This document shows, piece by piece, positions 52,330 through 64,000 of a stretch of 64,000 bases of DNA. The DNA comes from Camelus ferus (lineage: Eukaryota). Made by a program: the position numbers and the translations under genes. The DNA lies in contig NC_045696.1 in the NCBI RefSeq assembly GCF_009834535.1, forward strand, positions 76,944,001 through 77,008,000, given 5' to 3'. Within the stretch, counting starts at the first letter, position 1; every line of letters begins with the position of its first letter. The notes beneath the pieces were generated by a model. The model worked only from the letters and a program-made list of their open reading frames with translations, was not told the DNA's origin and ran no database searches.

Positions 52330-53560
52330 TTTATCAGTGTTGAGTCCATGTTTTGTCCATGTATACCTTCACAACTCATTTGGGCTTGTTGGGCTCCTCT
52401 CATTCTAGAATCTTCTCTTCTTGGCATTGGTGACATCTCCTAGCTTTCTCCCTGTCTTCTGAGTGGTTCTTAGTCCTTTATGAGGTTGTCAATTCTCCAC
52501 ATTTCCCTTTTGTGTCATTCTTGAGGCCAACTCATGCTACATGCCTTCCTTGGACCACCTCATCCCTCATATGTCTTCAGTAAGCATCTCGATGCTGATG
52601 AAGACAAAAATCTGTAGCTCCAGAACTTATTCTTGAACTCTCAGCCTGTATCTCTAAATTTGAAGGTCTGAGAAAGTTGTCAAACTCAACATGCACCCCA
52701 GGCACTCATTGCTTTCCATACCACCATTTCCCATTGCCCATTCTATTGCTCTGGGGGAATTTAGTTTTTGGTTTTTCCTTTTATTTTTCCCATCTCAGTA
52801 TTGGCATCTGATTGCTCATGCCGTAAACCTGGAAGTTATCTTCATTTTTTTCCTTTCCTCCTCATTTCTTACATAAAAATCACTGAAGTCCCATTGATTT
52901 TCCCTTCTAGTCTTCACTCCACAGTCTTTCTCAAATGTGCTTATTTTTTCTGTCCGTCCTACTGTTCCCCATTTATAGTTGGCTACAATTTCTAAACAAG
53001 ACTACTGCAATAGGTTGTGCTGCCTCCAGCCTCCATCTAAGTCTCTCTACCCACCAAAGCCCTTATAATTATGTCACTATCTTTCAACCATGTCCTGTTT
53101 CCCTTAGCCTAAATCTTAATTGCTTAATTGATTTACAACTGCCTTCATGGTCTGGCCCTTACCTACCAGCCTTATTTCCTGTCATTCCTTTCCTTGGCAA
53201 CCTCTAAGTCCATTCTATTCTTTCTGCTTGGAAAATTGTTCCATTATTCTCTCCTCCATTCTGCTACTAACTGTCTCCAAGTGGCTGACTTCGACTTACC
53301 TTTCACTTGTTTTCAGACTTCACTGCCTTTGGGATATCTCTTGACCACTCCCTGTCCCCATAATTGGTCACTTGTCTCTCATTTACTCCTGGTACTTACT
53401 GTTCAGTGTGACTGCTTGTTTCTTTGCCATTTATGTCCACTATACAGTAAGTCATTCAAGTTCTTTTTTCACCTTGTTCACTATTGCTTTCTCACTACTC
53501 TGAAAAGTGATTGCAATGTGGTAGTCACTCAATAAAAAAGGACAGAATGGATACATTAAA
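52330..53560 (+). mobile_element. L2 remnant
   Basis: Pyrimidine-rich L2 body (tcaaactcaacatg, gattgctcatgccgtaaacctggaagttatctt, ccttcatggtctggcccttacctacc) ending gtagtcactcaataaa. Confidence 0.7.
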
Positions 53561-53674
53561 AACAGGTTAATAAATACTGTTGCCAGGAATCCAGCAGCTT
53601 AGGTCTGGAGTCAAGTAAGTATTCTTACCTTATTACTTCTGTGATATTTGAGATATTTATTAGTTCACTTAAAC

Positions 53675-54128
53675 AAATATATATATAAAGTATATAAAAG
53701 TATATAAAAACATATATTTAATATATATTTAAAATGTATATTAAATACATAAACATGTTAAACATATTATATATTATATGTATATATTGTATATAATGTT
53801 ATATGTATATACATATATAATATGTATATATTATACATTAATTATATAATAAATGGCATATTTAATATGTATATATGTATGCATATTATATATAATTAAT
53901 ATATGCTTATGTATTAAACATGTTTATATATGTTTCACATGTAGCACTAATATATTAATATATATTAAATATAATATGTTTAACATGTATTAGTATTTAA
54001 CATATATGTAGCATTAAATATACTTAATATATTAAAATTATTAAAATATATTTAATATATACATAAAATATCATGTTTAGTATGTATATATTATATGTCT
54101 TATATATATATTTTTTTATATATATATG
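53675..54128. repeat. AT-rich degenerate (TA)n low-complexity expansion
   Basis: About 450 bp made almost entirely of A/T, with repeated atatat/taaacatgtt/gtagca motifs. Confidence 0.9.
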
Positions 54129-54139
54129 ATTTCTTCTTA

Positions 54140-54380
54140 TCCACCACCCTCATGGAGTGACTATGCTAATGGGGGAGACAAATCATGAATAAACAAACAA
54201 GTAAACTCAATGATAACATGTTAGGAAAATGCTGTGAGGAAAAGGAGATGGGCTCAGAGAAGGCCTTTGTGAGGGATCACATTTAACCTGAGGTTGGACG
54301 GAGGGGAAGGAGCCAGTCATGTTAAAACTAGGGAAAGAGCATTCCAGGAGGAAGGCATAGCCCGTGAGAATCCTTCAGAA
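54140..54380 (-). mobile_element. L2 remnant
   Basis: ccctcatggagtgactatgctaatgggggagaca...cagagaaggcctttgtgagg...gggaaagagcattccagg. Confidence 0.7.
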
Positions 54381-57300
54381 CCTGGTGCTCCCCTTCCCTC
54401 ATGTATGAGTTAGGACGCACAGGATGGCTTTAGGGTTTGAATCAGATCTACCGTATGAAGCATCTGTTCCACTGTCTGGTTGATAGTAAGCTCTAAACAA
54501 ACGGGTCTTAGTAGTAGTATTAAGAATAAAGTGGATCAAGTTGTCCTTGTTTGAAGGGAGACTTTAGTTATAGTTATTTTACTTTACGTACTGACTCAAA
54601 TTTACTTATCCTCTCTCAAATCAATTCAAACCAATGATCATTGGGCACCTACTATGTGTAAGCTGGTGTACTGGATGCTATGGAAGGCTAAAGAAATATC
54701 GAGGAGCTGAGAGCTCTGTTTTATAGTCTACCTTCCACTTCTGGTTTTATTACTGCTGTATCTCACTATCCATTTTAGAAGCTACTTCCCCAAGTGTACA
54801 TATACACTTATGTAAACACATGCATGTGCACACACACGCACACCTCTCCCCTCTCCTTACATTTTCCCTCTGTTTGGGTACTTGGAAATTCAGTATACAT
54901 GGCTCTTCTTAGTTGATGACCTTATAAATCATTTGAATCACAGTTGGTATTTCTGAACATTTGAAATGCTCACAGCAAGGAAGCTTTCACATTTCTGAAA
55001 GAAAGGCTGTCACAAATACTGAACTTTATTGAAAAAGAAGCCAGATGCTAATGGAAAATATAAATGTTATCCAAGAAAAGTTTTGCGTTCATGTATTAAT
55101 ATTTTTTGTACCTAGTAGCTACATGTGGTTACATTTGTTTTCTTTGTGTAGGTGTCCACTTCCAAGGAGATACGACTGAAATGTTAGAAATGCAAAATTA
55201 ATTAACACCTTGTATAGTTCATTTGGCTCCTACAGATTCAGTAATGGCTTTATTTGCATATAACTCTGCCTGTTGCTTATTTTTGACAAGTTTGGACAAA
55301 ATATCTGCTGTACACAATTTCTGGGTTTCAGATGCTGCTGAGAATAACTCCAAGGATAAGGGGGTAGTGAAAAGATAATGAAAGACTGTAAAATGTTATT
55401 GTGAGAGATTGTTTTTATTTGCACTGATTGTGTATCAATCCTGGGTTTTTATTTAAAGTGAGAGGATATTTTAAGGTTAATGGCTTCTTTTAGAGAAACA
55501 AAGTTAAAGAAAATGACTTATTTTAATTACAGCTTTAAAAAACATAAAGATTGCACCTTTAAAGATGTTTCTGATTGCTTTGAAGCTTGATTGCTAAAGA
55601 CCATATTCTTCAATAATGAAAGATTGATCTAAACATGACATCTGAGAAAAAGACCATGAAAGCTTACCTTTGCTCTGTTGTGTATTATTCAGTTGTTCTT
55701 TTGCTTTCATCTCCCTTCTTTTTTTCTTTTTGGGACAAAACAATGCCTAAAATATCCCAAACAGGAGGAATCTATTCTTTAAACTTAAATTTCTCCTTAT
55801 AAAACCTGCTTGTTTTGTGTACGGAATAAAAGAACATCTTTTGTGTGTAGCTGTTGGGCGGATTGCAAAACAAATTTCATCAAGTTTACAGGCTGGTACC
55901 TCTAAACTGAGATTTATTTCTCTGATATGAGAATGACCTCCTTTTCTATGTTTGTATATGTGTGTGTGCATACATATAAGGTGTGTGTGTATATGTGTGT
56001 CTACATATACCTGTATATGTTCATGTGGTATATTTATGTGTGCTTAAACCTTAACAAGGCTTAGTATTATTTATAGAATTTCTAAATTATTTTTTATGTG
56101 GCATTATTATTAGATTTTCACAGTTATAAGTTGGAAATGTTTGAGGAACAGGTGGTTCGTGAAGTATCAGAATTTAATGTTGTGAAATTGGAGGTGAATG
56201 ACTGTAATTGTCTTTGGAAATGCAGTGTGTTGATAAATCTGTTGATAGATCCTGGGAGCATTATTAGGACACAAGAGAAGAGCTGGTGTTTATTTATTAA
56301 TTCAATATTTGTTTAGTAGGTATCAAATGCCAAACACTGTGCCAAGTTCCGGAGAAGCACTCTGGAAGCTGGTTTTCGGCTGCCTCTCATATAGCCAAGC
56401 CTTTCTTTCTCTTAGTGTCTCTGTCCTCTCTCTACACGGGCTCCCCTTCTCACTTTGTGGTCCTGGAAGGGCAATGCTTGTGAAGCCGATGTCCTCTGAG
56501 CCCACAGTGATAGGCATTTGACTTAGCTTGAGCTAATCATCATACTTTTTTAATGCTAAATGTTTAGATGAGCCTGTGACTCATGGGGGATTAATCTGTG
56601 GAGGTTTGGGAAGAAAGATTTGCTTTCCTTTGGAGTTACTGATTTGAGATCACGAAATCCAGGATGCATCAGTTAGTGAACCACAGTATCCCGGTAGTTT
56701 CTCCACGAAATGGGTTTCAATCTCTTGTAGTCAAAGGTCTGGATTAATAAGATTGTGAATGCAGAGATACAGAAAATAAGGGTCTAGTTCTTACGTAATT
56801 CCATTTGATTCGACAGATTTATAAATCAGTAGTTCCACTGTAACATGAAAAGCACTGTTTGTGGTATGTTCACAGTGTAATGGAACCAGAGATGAGAAAG
56901 ACTCTTGGCTTAAGAGGACTAGCAAAGGTTTCAGAGAGCAATATTTGAGCTGGGTGTTAAATTATGCATGGGCAGTTACCAAGGCAGATGAGAGAGGAGA
57001 GCTTACTAAAACCAAATAAATAGCATGTAACAACATAGAAATGGGAAAATACATGTTCAGAGATTGCAGGAAGTTCTGAATTTCTGCTGTTCATAAAATG
57101 TGAAAGGAAGTGGTTGATGGATGAAGTTGAGGTCTGGTCTAGATTGGGTGGGTTTTGGGAGAATTTGACTGGTATGTATCTATGGAAATTATGTCCACTA
57201 TGAGATATAACAATAATATGGGAATTTTAAAAATCCAGATATAATGAAGATTTTCTAAATAATTAACATTTGACTGTTAAAACCTCCCACGTCTTCCTTG

Positions 57301-57429
57301 CCTTCCCTGTCTGTGTCAGCCGGGTTCTCAGACGTTTCACGTGCTGACCAGAGTAGCGGGTGAAGCAGGACACTGCTAAAGGAAAAAAGGACCAGTTATA
57401 AACATAGACAACTGGGGGAACAAAACTTA

Positions 57430-57785
57430 TGTCTTAGTTCAGGCTGCTGTAAAGAAATACCATTGATGGGTGGCTTATAAACAATAGAAATTTGTTTCTC
57501 ACAGTTCTGGAGTCTGGGGGTTCCAAGGTCAGAGCTGCAAGACATTTGCTGTCTGGTGGGAATCTGCTTCTTGGTTCAAAGATGGCCATCTTCTGGCTGT
57601 GTTGTCCTCACATGGTGGAGGAGGGCACCTCTGGTCTCTTCCACCCCTTACAATACTACTAATTCCATTCATGACCCTCAAGATCTAATCACCTCTCAAA
57701 GGCCCTGCCTCCTGACACTATCACATTGGGGGCTGAGATTACAACATGTGACTTGGGGGGGGACACAAACATGCAGTCCATAACA
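57430..57785 (-). mobile_element. ERVL-MaLR solo LTR (MLT1A-like)
   Basis: tgtcttagttcaggctgctgtaaagaaatacc...gtggcttataaacaatagaaatttgtttctcacagttctgga...ggggacacaaacatgcagtccataaca. Confidence 0.88.
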
Positions 57786-58208
57786 GACTACTTCTGGAAA
57801 AGCTGACAGAATGGAAAGAAAAAAAGGAGAAAAGGAAGCAGGAAAAGCTGAGTTTTAAGAGTTTTTGAGGATTTTAAACACATGAGTCTAGAAGGTGGAG
57901 ACCAGAGATAGTGGGGTAGCTATGATACTATGTTGGATAATGAAAAAAATTGAGGAACTTTGTTTTAAAGCATTGCTCCGTGTTTTGAATGTAGTTTCCC
58001 TTTGCTTCCTCTTCTAAAGATATTAATCAGTATTTTTTCACTGATTTTATTTTATTGTTACTGATGTTTCTTTTAGATGGGACACCTGCTAAGGCTGTCC
58101 AATTTTTATCAGCTTATGTAAAAATAAGGGACTTCTCTACCTATCTTCAGTTTAGAAAAGATTAAGTATACGTTTAAAATCTTTCATGAGGCTAATTGCA
58201 TGGATGTA

Positions 58209-58400
58209 TGTGATGGTTAATTTTATGTGTTAACCTGGTGAGGCCACAGTACCTAGATGCATTATAAAGTATCTTTTAAGATGAGATTAACATTTAAATC
58301 AGTAGAATTTGAGTAAAGCAGATTATCATATTGTCTCATGGGTTATCATATGGGTCTCACCTAAGAAAGGCATTGAGAGAAAAAAAAGACTGAGGTCCCA
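58209..58400 (+). mobile_element. MLT2 (ERVL) LTR 5' fragment
   Basis: tgtgatggttaattttatgtgttaacctggtgaggccacagtacctagat...agatgagattaacatttaaatcagtaga...gagtaaagcagatt. Confidence 0.8.
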
Positions 58401-60029
58401 AGAGGACTTATGTATTTGCTCCAATGCCTGTCTCCTAAGCTCAGTCCTCTTGATTTTATCACTGCGATGGTGAGAGCAGTCTAGATGAAAAGTCCAGGGG
58501 AAATCTCTTTAAGGAAACATGGGAATATTTTTTCCCCTAGGGGCTTAGTTGGTCTAAATAGCTTCTGAACATCGAGCCTTTTCTGAGCAGAAAGTAGACC
58601 CAGGCCCCCCTGGACAAATTTGGGAAGAGAGAACCAAAGTGAGGCGAGTCCAAAATAAGGACAAATCCCAGTGGAATGAGCTACCTGAATTAAAATGACT
58701 TAAATGGCTTCTCTCCAAACAGAAAGGTTTAAATCCTTGGCATCAGCACTTTAGTCCAATAATGTCACCATTTTTAATCTTGATCACTATTAATGTTTCT
58801 CTCAGGTTCAGAGTTTATTGGTGGGTTCAGGAAGATGGGAGAAGGAAGGAGTTTTGTGTTCCTTCTAGAATTCAAGGTAAATTTTAGGCACCTGGAAAAC
58901 TCAGTATGTAATGTATCATTTGCAGTTCTAAAAATTCCACAATTCTGTAATATTCTTAAAGTTTCTTTCGATCCATAACAAAATTTTCTCCGTTTGCCTT
59001 TTACTTTAATTCCCGTAACAACTTAGGCAGTATAGAATGGGTCAGGAAGAATGTAATTAATTTAGGCACAGGAAGAAGGATTGAGCATACTTTCTGAATT
59101 CAAAGAAGAACTTAAAATTTTTTTAGACTGTGTCAAATCTTCTAAGGAACTCAAATCAATAGGCTAACATCACCAAATGTCTTTTAGATCGGTGCTGAGG
59201 CATACTTGGGGCTATTTATAGACATATTTAAAATACAAATAGAGAACAGTATACAAACTTTGTGTAGTTTGTGGCAATCAAGCTGGATCCAGTATTAAAG
59301 AGTAGAAACAGACAGAACAAAAGAGCTAGCTTGCCAGAGGTTACATTATCCTTACACTTACCACTACACTTAATACAATCGTATACTCATAGTGGACACT
59401 TAGATATTTTTAGAGTGAAATTTTAAAATAAAATGGTTCATAATTTCAAGATGATGCTGGTGGTTTTTATCCTGATAAGGAGAATTCTCTTCTGAGTAGC
59501 ACCGTGCACACATTCAGAATTTTACAGTATGCTTTTTAGTGAAATAAAAGAACATTTTCTGTACTCGTTAATGGTATCAGCAGTCAGTGCTTATTTGAAG
59601 TGTCCTCTTGTAAGCACTTGCCCATGCCCAGCCAGGAACGAGTGGCTTTTCTTAGGAAACTTCCTGAAGCAATGCTGACCCTTTGTGACCTCTTTAAGAG
59701 GGAAGAACAGCCAATCTCTCCAGTATTATTATTTGGGAAGAATATTGGTGAAACAATGCAACAGACTTTCTTTTCAAAGAAAAAATAGGATCATAATTGG
59801 AAAAATGTTTTGAGTTTTGCTGACCCTATGAAAGATTAAAATTAAACTCTAAAGTAAAAAAAAAAAAACAAAAACACTCAAATCAGGCAGACTGCTTTAA
59901 AACATTTGTTCCTCCCGTTTGAAGTCAGTGTTCTCAGACGTGCTGTAAACACTGCAGTACAACTAGGTAACGGATGACAATGCTATCATTTAAATAATAC
60001 AATCAAGGTAGGTATTACAGTCACTGCCA

Positions 60030-60270
60030 TTATTCAGTGCAGACTGTGTGTAAGGAATGGTGTTAGGCTCTTTACATATGTCAGATTATTTGTTGCCCTG
60101 AACAGTTACATAAAGTGAGTTTTTTATACACATTTTTAAAAGTTAGGAAACTGAGGCATAGTGAGGTTAAGTAACTTACCTGGAGCAGCAGAGCCAGTAC
60201 ATTTATGCAGCTGCAAATTTGAACCAGCTCTGTGGTTCCAGAGGCTGGATTCTTTAGGCATCATCACCAC
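60030..60270 (-). mobile_element. MIR remnant
   Basis: catttttaaaagttaggaaactgaggcatagtgaggttaagtaacttacctgg. Confidence 0.75.
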
Positions 60271-60340
60271 TGTATTTGATGACATGCAAAACATCTAGAG
60301 TCAAAGCAAAACAAAAAACCTATATGTGACACAATGAATA

Positions 60341-63300
60341 CTTCTTTTATTTTTTTTAACATTTTTTATTGATTTATAATCATTTTACAATGTTGTGTCA
60401 AATTCCAGTGTTCAGCACAATTTTTCAGTTATTCATGGACATATACACACTCATTGTCACATTTTTTTCTCTGTGAGTTATCATAACATTTTGTGTACAT
60501 TTCCCTGTGCTATATACAGTGTAGTCTATTCTACAATTTTGAGATCCCAGTCTATCCCTTCCCACCCTCCACCCCCCTAGTAACCACAAGTCTGTATTCT
60601 CTGTCTGTGAGTCTATTTCTGTCCTTTATTTATGCTTTGTTTTTGTTTGTTTGTTTGTTTGTTTTTCTTTTTCTTTTTTAGATTCCACATATGAACGATC
60701 TCATATGATATTTTTCTTTCTCTTTCTGGCTTACTTCACTTAGAATGACATTCTCCAGGAGCATCCATGTTGCTGCAAATGGCATTATGTTGTCGGGTTT
60801 TTATGGCTGAGTAGTATTCCATTGTATAAATATACCACTTCTGCTTTATCCAGTCACCTGTTGATGGACATTTAGGCTGTTTCCATGTTTTGGCTATTGT
60901 AAATAGTGCTGCTATGAACCTTGGGGTGAAGGTGTCATCCTGAAGTAGATTTCTTTCTGGATACAAGCCCAGGAGTGGGATTCCTGGGTCATATGGTAAG
61001 TCTATTCCTAGTCTTTTGAGGAATCTCCACACTGTTTTCCATAGTGGCTGCACCAAACTGCATTCCCACCAGCAGTGTAGGAGGGTTCCCCTTTCTCCAC
61101 AGCCTCTCCAGCATTTGTCATTTGTGGATTTTTGGATGACGGCCATTCTGACTGGTGTGAGGTGATACCTCATTGTAGTTTTGATTTGCATTTCTCTGAT
61201 AATTAGTGATATTGAGCATTTTTTCATGTGCTTTTTGATCATTTGTATGTCTTCCTTGGAGAATTGCTTGTTTAGGTCTTCTGCCCATTTTTGGATTGGG
61301 TTGTTTATTTTTTTCTTACTGAGTCGTATGAGCTGCTTATATATTCTGGAGATCAAGCCTTCGTCGGTTTCACTTGCAAAAATTTTCTCCCATTCCGTAG
61401 GTTTTCTTCTTGTTTTATTTCTGGTTTCCTTAATGCTGTGCAGAAGCTTGTAAGTTTCATTAGGTCCCATTTGTTTATTCTTGCTTTTATTTCTTCTAGG
61501 AGAAAATTTTTGAAATGTATGTCAGATAATGTTTTGCCTATGTTTTCCTCTAGGAGGTTTATTGTATCTTGTCTTATGTTTAAGTCTTTAATCCATTTTG
61601 AGTTGATTTTTGTATATGGTGTAAGGGAGTGTTCTAGCTTCATTGTTTTACATGCTGCTGTCCAGTTTTCCCAACACCATTTGCTGAAGAGACTGTCTTT
61701 ATTCCAATGTATATTCTTGCCTCCTTTGTCAAAGATGAGTTGACCAAAAGTTTGTGGGTTCATTTCTGGGCTCTCTATTCTGTTCCATCGGTCTATATGT
61801 CTGTTTTGGTACCAATACCATGCTGTCTTGATGACTGTAGCTCTATAGTATTGTCTGAAGTCTGGGAGAGTTATTCCTCCAGCCTCTTTCTTTCTCTTCA
61901 GTAATGCTTTGGCAATTCTAGGTCTTTGATGGTTCCATATGAATTTTATTATGATTTGTTCTAGTTCTGTGAAATATGTCCTGGGTAATTGGATAGGGAT
62001 TGCATTAAATCTGTAGATTGCCTTGGGCAGTGTGACCATTTTAACAATATTGATTCTTCCAATCCAAGAGCATGGAATATCTTTCCACTTTTTAAAGTCT
62101 TCTTTAATTTCCTTCATCAATGGTTTATAGTTTTCTGTGTATAATTCTTTCACCTCCTTGGTTAGATTTATTCCCAGATATTTTATTACTTTGGGTGCTA
62201 TTTTAAAGGGGATTGTTTCTTTACTTTCTTCTTCTGTTGATTTATCGTTAGTGTAAAGAAATGCAACTGATTTTTGAACGTTAATTTTGTAACCTGCTAC
62301 CTTGCTGAATTCTTCAATCAGCTATAGTAGCTTTTGTGTGGACCTTTTAGGGTTTTCTATATATAGTAACATGTCATCAGCATATAATGACACTTTTACC
62401 TCTTCTTTTCCAATTTGGATCCCTTTTATTTCTTTCTCTTGCCTGACTGCTGTGGCTAGGACTTCCAGGACTATGTTGAATAGGAGTGGTGATAGTGGGC
62501 ATCCTTGTCTTGTCCCAGATTTTAGTGGGACGCTTTTGAGTTTTTCACCGTTGAGTACTATGCTGGCTGTAGGTTTGTCATATATAGCTTTTATTATGTT
62601 GAGATATGTTCCCTCTATACCCACTTTGGCGAGAGTTTTTATCATAAATGGGTGTTGAATTTTATCAAATGCTTTTTCTGCATCGATTGAGATGATCATG
62701 TGGTTTTTGTCCTTTCTCTTGTTGATGTGATGTATTACACTGATTGATTTGCGTATGTTGAACCAGCCTTGTGTCCCTGGGATGAACCCCACTTGGTCAT
62801 GATGTATAATCTTTTTTATGTGTTGTTGGATTCTATTTGCTAAAATTTTGGTGAGGATTTTGGCGTCTATGTTCATCAGTGATATTGGCCTATAATTCTC
62901 CTTTTTTGTAGTGTCTTTGCCTGGTTTTGGTATCAGGGTGATGGTGGCTTCATAGAATGAGTTTGGGAGTATTCCCTCCTTTTCAATCGTCTGGAAGAGT
63001 TTGAGAAGGACTGGTATGAGTTCTTTGTATGTTTGGTAGAATTCCCCGGTGAAGCCATCCGGTCCTGGACTTTTATTTGTAGGGAGGTTTTTAATTGCTA
63101 TTTCTATTTCCTTTCTAGTGATCGGATTGTTCAAGTGTTCAGATTCTTCTTGCTTCAGTTTTGGTGGACAGTATGTTTCCAGAAACTTGTCCATCTCCTC
63201 TAGGTTATCCAGTTTGGTTCCATATAGTTTTTCATAATATTCTCGTATGATATTCTGTATTTCTATTTTGTTTGTTGTAATTTCTCCATTTTCCTTTCTT

Positions 63301-64000
63301 ATTTTGCTAATTTGTGCTCTCTCTTTTTTCTTCTTTGTGAGTTTGGCCAGAGGTTTGTCGATTTTATTTACTTTTTCAAAAACCCAGCTTTTGGTTTGGT
63401 TGATTTTTTCTATGGTCTTGTTAATCTCTATTGTATTTAATTCCTCTCTGATCTTTATTATTTCCTTCCTTCTGCTGCTTTTTGGGGCTTTTTGTTCTTC
63501 TTTTTCTAATTCATTCAGGTGGTGGGTTAAATTGTTTATTTGAGATTGTTCTTCTTTTTTGAGGAAGGCCTGTATCGCTATAAACTTCCCTCTTAGCACT
63601 GCCTTTGCTGTGTCCCGTAGGTTTTGAGTGGTTGTGCTTTCATTATCATTTGTCTCAAGGTATTTTTTAATTTCAGCTTTGATTTCCTCATTGATCCATT
63701 GTTTTTTCAATAACATATTGTTTAATCTCCATGCTTTCCTTTTTTTCTCCTTTGTTTCTCTGTTGTTGATTTCCAGTTTCATGGCATTGCGGTCAGTAAA
63801 GATGCTTGAGATAATTTCTATCTTCTTAAAATTGTTGAGGTTTCTTTTGTGCCCAAGTACATGATCGATCCTGGAAAATGTTCCATGTGCACTTGAAAAG
63901 AATGTATATCCTATTTTTGGGGGGTGTAATGCTCTGAAAATATCCACCAAATCTAGTTTTTCTATTGTAGTATTTAATTTCTCTGTTGCCTTGTTTATTT
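60341..64000 (-). mobile_element. young LINE-1 (probably camelid-specific family); 3' 3.66 kb, continues beyond the window
   Basis: Poly-A (T-run at about 60341-60357), 3'UTR, and a near-continuous ORF2 reading frame to the window edge. Confidence 0.98.
60678..64000 (-). pseudogene. ORF2: LINE-1 ORF2p (C-terminal part of APE endonuclease, reverse transcriptase, C-terminal cysteine-rich domain), disrupted
   Basis: ORFs 62322..63950, 61353..62153 and 60736..61470 carry L1 motifs ([52 protein letters not shown]). In-frame TAG at 62322-62324, +2 frameshift at about 61432, +1 frameshift at about 60796, natural stop at 60678-60680. Confidence 0.97.

Noticed and set aside
55152..55215. Exon after tttgttttctttgtgtag acceptor
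   Set aside because: No convincing donor nearby, and the frames I checked close quickly.
61181..63864. Plus-strand ORFs (e.g. 61291..61743, 62302..62658, 63247..63543)
   Set aside because: These are antisense shadows of the L1 ORF2 frame.

Overview
This window is mammalian nuclear DNA, not microbial sequence. It is AT-rich, CpG-depleted and dominated by interspersed repeats (LINE-1, L2, MIR, MaLR/ERVL LTRs, hAT and Tigger DNA-transposon fossils, microsatellites). A short tRNA-derived SINE at 2241-2356 resembles the camelid Vic-1-type SINE, and I saw no Alu, B1/B2, Bov-A/BovB, PRE1 or CAN-SINE copies, so the source is probably a camelid (inference from recalled consensus sequences, not from a search). 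The only confidently protein-coding sequence is LINE-1 ORF2: a young minus-strand L1 (about 60341 to the window end) carries one nonsense codon, two frameshifts and a His-to-Arg change in the endonuclease catalytic motif. I recognise no host gene. The window reads as intronic or intergenic, with a few weak candidate exons and regulatory-looking unique segments. I found no evidence of a new biological system. The best-supported observations are retrotransposition footprints (a ~37 bp L1 micro-insertion with a perfect 15 bp TSD, nested insertions), a YADD motif in the L1 reverse transcriptase, and one unexplained 84-codon exon-like frame at 8802-9053. Repeat family names are by eye, and the boundaries of old repeats are approximate.
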